From Prorocentrum cordatum (Eukaryota), in contig CAUYUJ010000270.1 in assembly GCA_963575745.1 (NCBI GenBank), positions 496,001-560,000 of the forward strand: 64,000 nucleotides of DNA, read 5' to 3'. Under the pieces are notes generated by a model. That model did not search any database. It was not told where the DNA came from and saw only the letters and a list, made by a program, of their open reading frames with translations. The translations under genes and the position numbers were made by a program. Shown here piece after piece: positions 24,775 through 35,500 of the stretch; the first letter of the stretch is position 1; each line of letters begins with the position of its first letter.

Positions 24775-26155
24775 TCACTGTGGAGTTGCCACCGACAGCA
24801 CATGCAGAGCGTGCGGGCTGGCACCAGGCACCGACAGGCACCGCACCTTCGCGCGCCCAGTGCGCCAGCCACACCGCGACGTTGTCGGAGGCCTCCATAT
24901 TCAGCAGCGAGGAGCCAACCCCTGGCCAGGCCCAGGAGCCGATGCTCTCTAGGGGCGCGGCATCACGGCCGACCCCGCCGACGAGCTCGGGCTCTGGGGT
25001 GGGAGCTAGCATCGTGCGGCGACTGGCTCACCGAGGGCAACTGGGACGGCCTCGCGACAGGGGACATCTACGTGGACGGCTCGTTGCAGTCGGCGACTAC
25101 GCACCACTGCGACGAGGAGGATGGAGCTTCACCAAGCTCAAAGACTCAAAGACAACGACGAGTACGACATGGACTACGTGTGCTACGGGCCCCTCCCTGA
25201 CGCACAGTGGGTCCAAAGCATCCTGCGGGCGGAGCTCTACGCGCTGCTGCAGGCGTTGCGTGTGGGCACCCCGCCCATGCGCATTTTCACCGACTGCCAG
25301 AACGTCGCCGACGGCGCGATGGCAGGACCAGCGTGGCTCGACAAGAGGAGCCGCCCGCACCTCGACCTCTGGGAGTGCATCTCCCAGGCCATCGCAAAGC
25401 TCGGAGGCCTGGGCCCGCGCACCGTGCAGGTGCTGAAAGTGAAAGCCCACGCGACGCGCACCGAGCGAGCAGCTATCGGGCGCGCGCAGTGGGAGGGCAA
25501 CAAAATCGCTGGTCAGTATGCCAAGCAGGGAGCGCTGTATCATACCCACCCTGTTTGGTGTAGAGAGGCCTACATTCAGAAGTATCGACTGGTTCGGGAC
25601 ATCTTGGAATTCGGAGCCCACATAGGAGTCCTGGGCCGTGACATTGTCGACATTGAGCAGGGCTCGAGTCCGACGGACTCGAACCCCCCCGACCCCCCTT
25701 TGGACCTCCTGGACCTTCCTGGGAACCTGGGGGCGGTCGTGGGCGAGGAGGGCGGGGCCCTGGTGGCCCCTGAGCTCCCTGCCCCGCCCCTGGAGGCCGA
25801 CCTCCCGTCTCGGGCCGCTCTGGACTGGGGGTGCACCAGGGTCGACAGAGCCCAGAGAGCGGGGCACAAAATAGTGACCCGCAACACGTACGTCTTTTGC
25901 CGCAGGTGTGCCAGGTACGCCCGTGACAGGTGGACGGGCCTATTCTCTCCATGTCGCCCCGGGGCCCAAAGGGTGATCGGGGGTAGCCTGACGCGGTTGT
26001 GGAGTGGACTACACCCCTCCACCAACCAGCCCCTATAGGGGCACCTGGAGTCGAGGGTCTGGCTCGGGGACGGCCCGAAGCGGCCCGAGGCTCCCACGGC
26101 ACGAAAGCGTAGGCGGTCGTGATCCGTTTTGGCCCGCACTCATCCGCACTCATCC
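24775..26155 (+). mobile_element. 5'-truncated non-LTR retrotransposon: CCHC finger, RNase H1 and C-terminal zinc finger
   Basis: CRACGLAPGTDRHRTFA[R]P; IYVDGS; QSILRAELYALLQAL; IFTDC; HLDLW; KVKAH; GNKIAGQYAKQGA; HKIV...FCRRC...LFSPC (ORF 25121-26038 plus upstream frames); ends in tandem ccgcactcat. Confidence 0.85.
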
Positions 26156-26375
26156 TCCTCACTGTCCGTCCGCCTCTCCTATTCCCTCTCCTACTCCTCC
26201 CCACGTCCACCCCTCTTCCCTCCACCCTCCTACTCCCGCCTAAGCTTCACTCGGGAGCCTCCGATACCCTCGGGAAACCTTCAGAAACCTCCGAGCAGTC
26301 TGGAAAGCCTCAAAAACAGTTGAAAACCTTGGGGAGCAACGCAGAATCGCAAGGAATCGTAAACAAAACACCCTC
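26153..26375. repeat. ~225-bp dispersed repeat, second copy at ~29650-29874
   Basis: cctcactgtccgtccgcctctcc...gaaagcctcaaaaacagttgaa...gagcaacgcagaatcgc is present at both sites. Confidence 0.85.
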
Positions 26376-26685
26376 TGCCTCATCCTCTTTCTCCCCTACC
26401 TCCTCCTCCTCCTCCTCCTCCTCCTCCTCCTCCTCCTCCTCCTCCTCCTCCTCCTCCTCCTCCCTCCTCCTCCTCCTCCTCCTCCTCCTCTCCTCTCTCC
26501 CTCTCCCTCTCCCTCTCCTCCCCCTCCTCCTCCTCCTCCTCCCTCCTCCTCCTCCTCCTCTCCTCCTCCTCCTCCTCCTCCTCCTCCTCCTCCTCCTCCT
26601 CCTCCTTCTTTCTTCTCCTCCTCCTCCTCCTCCTCCTCCTCCTCCTCCTCCTCCTCCTCCTCCTCCTCTTCCACCTCCTCCCCCC

Positions 26686-27480
26686 CGGGATTTTCCCGAT
26701 CTCCCCGGAAACGTGACAGGGGGTCCTCTCGGCGCCTCTTTGGGGAGGCTCTGGGGATGGGTTTTCTCAGGATGTCCCACGCGTCGGCGCCGGTTTGGAA
26801 TTCGTCGCCAAATTTCCCTGATCTCGCCGGAGTTCCCGAGTTTCGCCGGAAACGAAACAGGGGGGGCCTCCTGTGGGAGGCTTTATGGAGCGGTATTCCT
26901 GAGGATGTCCCCCGCGAGGGCGCCGTTTGGAATTTGTCGTCGCATTCGACGAATTTCCCGATCTCGCCAGAAACGGAACAGGGAGGCCTCTCAGGGCCTC
27001 CTTGGGGAGGCTCCGTTGGCGGTTTCTCTTATAGGATGTCCCACGCGAAGGCGACGGTTTGGAAGTCGTCGCTGGATTCGCCGGATTTCCCAGATCTCGC
27101 CTGAAACGGAACAGGGGGGCCTCTGAGGGCCTCCTTTTGGGGAGGCCCCTGGGTTGGCGAGGCCATTCCCTTGCGAGTTCCACGCGAGGGCGCCAGTTTG
27201 GAATTCGTCGCCAGATTCGCCAGATTTCCCCGATCTCGCCAGAAAAGGGACAGGGGGGACGGTTTTTCTGAGGATGTCCCGCGCGAGGGCGCCAAGTGGG
27301 AATTCGTCGCCGGATTTGCCAGATTTCCCTGATCTCGTCAAAAACGGAACAAGGTGGCCTCTGAGGGCCTCTTTGGGAAAACTCTGGAGGGCGGTTTTCC
27401 TGAGGATGTCCCACGCGAGGTCGACGGTTTGGAATTCATCGCTGGATTCGCCGGATTTCCCAGATCTCGCCGGATACGGA
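26686..27480. repeat. ~132-bp tandem repeat, ~6 diverged units, preceded by (CCT)n at 26399-26680
   Basis: aggatgtccc at ~26770, 26902, 27033, 27270 and 27403; tttggaatt and gatctcgcc recur. Confidence 0.85.
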
Positions 27481-30400
27481 ACACTGGGGGCGGTCGGCGG
27501 GGCCATTTCATCGCGCACAGGGGGTCAGGATGACGTGAGTTCCACAGAGACTCTCTCAAATAAATGAAACGCGAACGAAATGGGAAGCAGAGGGAGACGC
27601 ACCTAAATAACAAGATAAGTGTGACCATTATGGGGCGAAAGCGCGGAAATGGCAGTGGAAGCCGAAGAAGAAATTGAATAGGGAGAGGGAACCGGACAAG
27701 CACATGAGGCCGGAAGGTGCCACATAACTCGAAGGTGGGAACAAATAAACCAACAACAACAACAAGAAGAGTACCAGCGGGGAACGGCAGGCGAAGAGGA
27801 AATGATATACGAGGAAAAGAACGTGCAGAGAAAGCGGAAACGACTGAGAAACATTAATGTATACATATGGTGCAATGAAAGCAGGAAGACGACCAGGAGA
27901 ACCCCCCCCCCCACCCCACCCCACCCCACCCACATACACACACACACACGAAAAAAACAACAACTAAAAGAAACACCAACAAACTTAAACATACTGATAC
28001 GGGTGGCCACCGAGGACACCAAACCTGTCGGGGTGCGCTGTGACAAACAAGATCGCTTACTCTTGGGGTACTCTCTCGCAGCGCGCACTGCAGGGCTCAC
28101 AAACAAGATCGCTTACTCTTGGTGGCGCGCACAAGGGGGTAGGGGGAGGGGGGAAGGCCTCTTAGAAACAGGGTGCTTCTAAGAAGCCGTCCCACTCCCC
28201 CCGCCCCCCTCTGCGCGAGGCCGATACGCTAGAGACATCGCACAGTTTCGCATGCGCAGTGAGCAGAAATGCACGTGCTGCAGTATACAGGTTTGCTTTC
28301 GCTCGCAAGCGGCGCGTCGTTTATACAATGTGTCCTCATATGTGGCGCGGTCGCAGGCCGCTCCCCTGCACGCGTGACGCCAGAAATTTTGTCGCGCCCC
28401 GCGGGGTCTGTGCGCCAGCCATCGGGGGGTGGTCAATCATTTGATAATGACAAGCTGGCGTTAAGCCTATCTCGGCGGGAGGCCGCGATCAACTCTGCCG
28501 AGATACTCCCGCAAAGCTCCGAGGAAGAAAGGAGGGAGGAGATTGGAAGTTGGAGGGAGGGAGGGAGGGGAGAGAGGGAGGAAGCGGTTGAGGGAGAAGG
28601 CTGAACGCCGCAGCAGGCCGCGCCCGCGCCCCTCTTGTGGTTGGAGGCCAGCTCGGCCGGCGTCATGGCCTCCGAGGGGCAGGCTCCCCCCGGCCTTCCG
28701 CCCAGGTACTCCTCCTCCTCGGCCCGGGCACAGGCAGAGGGGGTCACAACTGCTGCTCATGCCCAGACCTCTAACGTCTTGAAAATAACAGGTACATCTC
28801 TCCAACATGTCGGCCTCCTCGGGACGGCCTCGGGCCAAGGGACAATCATAAAACAACAGGGTCGAAACACCATTCCATGGGTTGGGATCCAGAGACCTGG
28901 GGGGGGCCAGTGAGAGCACCAATAAGATGGTCGACTCCAAAAACCCTGGGTGCGCTGGCGTGGGCTTCTCTTGGGAAGTATGCTCTTTACGTCCACTTGC
29001 GCAGCCGCCCTCGTGTCGTTCCACTGTCTTTCGCCGAAGGCATGAGGTCAACCGTTCGAGTCGTCCAATGCTAAGCTCGTCCTGGAGCGACCAAAATGTT
29101 GCAGATAACCGCGATACACGCACGCACACACCTTTCCCGCACATAGGCGCACACACGAACAAACAAACAACCATCAAACAAACAAACAAACAAACAAACA
29201 AACAAACAAACAAACAAACAAAATGCTTGGCGTCGCGGCCGCGAGCACGGCGGCGCAGCGCAGGTCAAATCAGCAAACAAACAAACAAAGAAACAAGCAC
29301 CTTGCACTTGACATCTCCTCCTCGTCTGCAGCAACCAGAGTGCGCTATCTGCGGAAGACCTGTGCGAACGTTGCTCTCGAATATGTCCCCCTTGCTGCGC
29401 TGCCACTCCTGTTTCTACCTCTACCACTGCTCAAACTCATCGCAGCTTCCTCATACCTGCAACACCCGGTCGGCGTCGTCCTCCTCCCCCGCCCCCTTCT
29501 CCCCAGCTTGATTACGATCTGCCTCCGGCAACAGCTCCCCCTCGACATCCTCCCAGTGCTCGCTCTCATGATCATCCTGATTACATTCATCGTCGTCGCA
29601 GTCCTCTCCTCCTTCTCCTCCTCCTCCTCCTTCTTCTCCTCCTCCTCCTTCTCCTCACTGTCCGTCCGCCTCTCCCACTCCCTCTCCTACTCCTCCCCCC
29701 ATCCGCCTATCTTCCCTCCACCCTCCTACTCCCGCCTCCGCTTCACTCGGGGGCCTCCGATAACCTCGGGAAACTTTGAGAGACCTCCGAACAATCGGGA
29801 AAGCCTCAAAAACAGTTGAAGACCTTAGGGAGCAACGCAGAATCGCGAGGAATCGGAGACAAAACAACACCCTCCAGTTTTTAGCAAGAGGTTTTTGTAA
29901 AGTATCGGAAGCCTCTGGGGGTCCCCGCAAAAGGTCAGCGAAACCCTCCCGAAACCTCCAGGAAACCCCAAAATAAAGAAACGTATTCAAAAACCTCGGC
30001 CGTCGGTCGGGCACACGCGAACGTGGAATACAGATCCGTGGATCTTGCGCGAGGGCGCCGTATCCACGGATCGGGGAAGGTCACCCACGGATTTGGCGAC
30101 GGAGCGTGCCGATTCTGCACAGAACGCCGAGAAAAACGACAGAGCTTTTCTGGCCACGGCGAACCTCGGAACCGGCCACGAAAACGCTCCCCGCCCTACA
30201 CCCAAGAAGCGCACCAAAAGTCAAAATCCCTCCTGAACCCAACGTGGTCCTTGTTTCAGCTTCCCCCCCCGGAGGCGCCTCCAGCACGGTCAGCTCCTTC
30301 TCGAGGTCGACCACGCTCTTTTCGTCCTCCCCCGCGCGGGTATTCCGAGGGGGGGAAGGGGGAGGCGGGATGACCCAAGAGCGAACATGAAGATCGCATC

Positions 30401-31600
30401 GGCAATCGAATAACGTCGGATCGGTAAGAATCGGCAGGCGAATCGGCAAACATCGGAATCGACGCCCTGCGGCCCGAGCCGAAGCCTGCGCAAAGAAACC
30501 CAAACCGAGGTCGGAATTCGGAACCGAAGTGGATCCAAATCGAAATCCTCGAAATCGAACCGCTTCGGATCGACAAAATAGGAACGGCTCCCGCGCGCGT
30601 GCTCCGAGAGGAGAAGGGGGAGGGGGCGCAGGCGGGCGCGCCGAACAGGGTGCTGGGGCGGCACTCGGGGCCCCGCAAGTTCTGCAGGGCGGAAGGGGTG
30701 ACGGGGAGGGTGGATGGAGGGGAAACAATGGATGGTGGCAGTGGGCGCTTTCAAGTCTTGAAGGTCTGACTTGTGGAAGTAAGTTGGCACCCCTCCCTAC
30801 GGCGGCCAACGCCTCGGCCCCCTCCATTGGCAATGGCGACGTAGGGTGAAAGCGTCAAGACTGGGAGCGGGACCCCCAGCCGCCACTAGGCTGGCAGCTG
30901 CCGAACGGGTGGGTCCTATGATGGTCCCCGCCGGAGCGGCTGAGGCCTATGATGACCTTCGCGAAAGAGGAAAGGGAAAGAAATCGCCCAGTCGCCCGGG
31001 TGGATCGCAACGACGATGCCGTCCGCGATGCGCCCTGGTCCTGAGGTGGGAATTTCTGAAAAGGTAAAGGGTGAACAAACAAAACCGGCACACCCGGTAT
31101 CCCACGGGTAGATAGGGCCTGCACACTCGGTATCCCACGGGGGGGATAAGAATGCGCACGCTAAGCTCAGGTACGGTTTTGTTGCGCCCCCAGCCCCAGG
31201 GACAGCTGCGCCCCACCGAGAGCAAACCCGAAGAGGCGCAAGCACCCCCCGAATCAAAGTCCACCGAGAGCCCGCGTACACTTCAAGGGTCCCGACGAAG
31301 CTCATAAACCGGTAAAAAATCACTGAGGTTCAGAAGTCCTCAATAAACCTCCAGATGCGGAGCTCGGCGGGGTGGGGGGAGGGAAGGAACGGCCGCGTGG
31401 CTTCTTGTTTGCCCCAGGGCACTGGAGGTCTGGGGGGGGGGATAGGGAGGGGGGAAGAGGGGGGGAGGACTCAAGGCTGAACCAAGATGGCTAGAGCCAA
31501 ACTGGATACGGAGAGGGGAAGGAGGGGGAAGTTTCCTCCCTCCTTCCTCCTCGTCACCACTGTGATCCTCCTGTTCCTCCTCGTCATTTTTCCTGCCCTT

Positions 31601-31664
<64 letters not shown>

Positions 31665-31761
31665 GCCGCATCATCACCAGCATCAGCATCAGCAGCATCG
31701 CCATCACCATCATAGTATCATCAGCCCCATCATCCTCGTCATCGTCATCATCGTCGCCGTG

Positions 31762-31805
<44 letters not shown>

Positions 31806-32152
31806 GTATCGGAGGTGAGGGGGGGAGATCGAAGTGGAACGGAGAGCCCCCCTACCGGGAAATCGATTTCGCTTTCGTGTTCGTGCGTGCCGTGCGTGCG
31901 GGCGAGGCGAAGCTGCGTGGGCGGGCGAGAGAAAGTCTCCTGTGGCTGAGGCGCGGCCGGACCAAATGATTCCCTTCCGGGCGGCCGGGGCCCCGCGGTG
32001 TCCCGCCGGTGTCCCGCTGGTGTCCCGTGTGGCTGACGCGCGGCCGGACCAAATGATTCCCTTCCGGGCGGCCGGGGCCCCGCGGTGTCCCGCCGGTGTC
32101 CCGTCGGTGTCCCGTCGGTGATGATGATGATGATGATGATGATGACGATGAC

Positions 32153-32195
<43 letters not shown>

Positions 32196-32545
32196 GCGAT
32201 GCTGCTGATGCTGATGCTGATGATGATGATGATGATGATGTTCACAACGATGATGCTGATGCTGATGATGGTGAGGTCTGAGATCCCCTGGTGGCCAGAC
32301 GATTCTTTACAGCGAAGCTGTGCGAATAGATTCTGTTGTGTGCAAGCTCGAGCTTCGAAACACGGAGCGGCTCTCGGACCGCTTCACAACGACCCCTGAA
32401 GGATTAATTACAGCACAGGGTGGCACGAGGGCGGGTGTGCTTGAATTGTTGCGGAGCAAGAACGGCCATGGAACGGATCAGCAACAGACCAGGACGATAC
32501 AAACATCTGACTAGGTCTGAGATCCCCTGGTGGCCAGACGATTCT

Positions 32546-35500
32546 TTACAGCGAAGCTGTGCGAATAGATTCTGTTGTGTGCAAGCTCGAGCTTCGAAAC
32601 ACGGAGCGGCTCTCGGACCGCTTCACAACGACCCTGCTGTGCCCTACCTGGCATCTGGCCGCTTCATGCCTAAAAAGAGTCTGTTGAAGAAACCTTCTGA
32701 AAGCCTCGAGGCTCCAGAGGAGATCCAAGAGCACACCCAAGACGCGCACGGACGAGACAAGTGAATAAAAGGCGATGGGGGTGGGCGGGGTCGCATGAGC
32801 GTGGACGCACGGACCGCCGACTTCGTCGGGGAACCCACAAGAAAACCCCAGAGCCCACATGTTGTCGTGGTTAGCTCGTTGGCAGCCAAAAGTGCACGGG
32901 GAGATCCTCGCGCGCCTCCCGTCACAAATGGTGAGCAGCTGTCTAAAGAGAACGGAGTGCGCGGAAGCGCTTGCTGATGGAAAGATAGCAACGCAAGGAC
33001 ACTTTACAGTTAGGCATTTGTGAAGAAGACGGGCTAGAATATTGCTAGCTTCAGTCTCACCGAACCTGGGCCAAATCAGAACGACTCCCCGAACGCGGCG
33101 AGACGAGATCCATCCCACGAGGCGGCGATATACGATGGCGGTAGCCAGCAGGGAGCCGTTTATCCACGCGCTGCAGCCCGAGATGCGGGCGTCGTCGGCC
33201 CGCGCGATCTCGCCCGTCCCGAAGCCGACTTCGAGGAAGGTCTGGCCAGCGGCAGCGCGGCACGCGCGGGCGAGGTCTTGCAAGGCTTGCCCGACGCCAG
33301 CGCCTCCGCCTTGAGGAAGCGAGGGCGCTGCGGTCGCCGCTGCTGGCCGAGGATCTGGCCGATGCTGTCCTCGACCTCCTGGGCCCACTCCGAGACCTCG
33401 ACGTCGACCTTCTCGAGCTCCGCGAGGTAGCGCACGTGCCGCGAGTACCGAGCCGTGCTCTGCGCGCTCGTGTGGCGTAGACGCGCTTGCAGCTCGGCTA
33501 GAGGCATGCCCTCCACCGCCGTGGCGTGCGACGCCGCGGAGTGCCGCAGCTGGTACGGGATCATGTCGGGCGCACCCGGGACCAGCGACAGCCGACGTCG
33601 GAACTCGGCGCCGAAGGTCGCTGCGCTGAACGACCACAGGGGCGACCCAGCGGGCCGCGCCGCGCGGAGCAGCTTCAGGGAGCTCCCGCCGCCGCCACGC
33701 CAGGCCGCGCTCCGCAGCAGCACGCCCTCGTCCTGCGCGAGCGACTTGCTGCAGGCCGGTCCCTCGATCGGGTACAGCAACAGCGCCCAGCGGGGCTCCG
33801 CGCCGCGGCCTGGGCCCACCAGCGCGTCGACCGTCATGCCGACGAGGTCGCTCGGGAGGCGGATCATCGCGTCCCACGCGAGCGCGACCGCCCCCGCCCA
33901 CTCGAAGTCCCCCTCGAGCGCGGCGATCCCGATCATCGCCCACACGATCGGCTTCCCGACGGGCGTCATCGGAGTGCTCCTCGAGTGCACACGAAAGCCA
34001 GAGAGCGCGGCCCGCGCCAGCGGAAGGCCGCCGTGCTTCGGCCGCGGCACGCGCGGCAGCCTGTATTGCACGGACGCCAGCAGCCGCGAGCCCGTCTCCG
34101 CCAGCTCCCCGTCCCAGAACAGCTTGTCCAAGTAGGCCGCCAGGAGGGCGTCCAGGCGGTCCGCCGTGATGTCGTCCAGCGACGGCACGGCGGCCCAGGC
34201 CAGGAAGCTGGTCACGTGGTTGTCGAAGCTGCGGATGGTGGCCTCCCGCACCTTGTGCCTCTGCAAGAAGGTCAGCCCATGCCGAGGGTCGCAGTTGGCT
34301 CCGCCGAACTTCGCGGCTCTGAGCTTCGCCCGATTGGCCTTCTGGCGTGCCAACTCGACGCGACCCGCCGCCTTCGACCGAGCTGGAGGCAGAGCTCCAG
34401 GCTTCGCGCTCGGAGGGGGTGTCTTGGTCTTCCCCGCCTTCAGAGGAGCGCGAGCTCGCTTCGGTCGTGGTGGCGGCGGCGGCCTCCTCCTCGGGGTCAC
34501 ATAAGTCGTGTCGCCGACGGCGGAGCAGGCCGATCGGATCGTCGTAGTGGAGGCGCCGAGCCTTCTCGTCAGCGGCCGCCCGAGCGAGGCTAGCCCAGGC
34601 CGTGCCAACATTCCGCGGGTCGGCTGCAAAGGGAGTCGGCTGGCCCGTCACGGTGCGTGAGCCTTTGTCTGAAGTGTTCCATTCTGAAGGTAGCCATCTC
34701 ACGGCTACGGACATATCGTGAATAATGCTGTAGCTGCACAACTCTCTGCAGGTCTGATTGATCAAAGGGGATGCGGAACGACCTTTTTCCACTCCCAGTA
34801 CCAAAGAAAGGTTATCATTAAGCATGAGGCGAAGATGACCCCGAGACCGCAAGGCGCGCATCTTGTGGCGCACGCCGAGCGCGAGGGCACGCCCCTCGAG
34901 CCTCAGGATGTTCTCCTCGCGGCACCAGCGGCCGAAGGTCACGTTCCGCCAGGTCTCCATCGGGAAAACGACGTCCGAATCCACAGTGGCGAAAGACATC
35001 CCGTCGGACGGAGCCCCCGAGGTGTCGCGGGCGGCGAAGGCGAACTCCCGAGCGTGCAGGGCTCCCTCCACGTGGTAGCGCCACCGCTCGCGAACCCGAG
35101 CTGTCTCCAACACCAGCTGCTGGCTGAGCTCCCGCTTGGTGACCCCGTAGCCGCCGTACAAGCTGCCCGCAGGGTCGAGGTCGCCCGTGCTGGCGTCGGT
35201 GGAGTAGACCGTCGAGTCCACGGGCCGCTTCGCGTCGTAGTAGGCGAAGGGCACAAGAGCGGCGGCGACTCGCAGCTCACGAATCACCTCGGGCCATATC
35301 CTCCAGCGGCTGTCACCCGCCTTCTTGATGAACCGATACGTCGACTGGAAGATGCACAGGAGTGGTCGGCGAAGAAGGGCCGCCCAGTTGAAGTGCCCGA
35401 CCAGGCTGGCCAGCTCCTTTCCCGTGGCGTAGCGCTGGGACGCCTGGCACAGCAGCGCCTGGCGGATCTTCCACATCCGCGACCGCCCCAGCGATATCCT

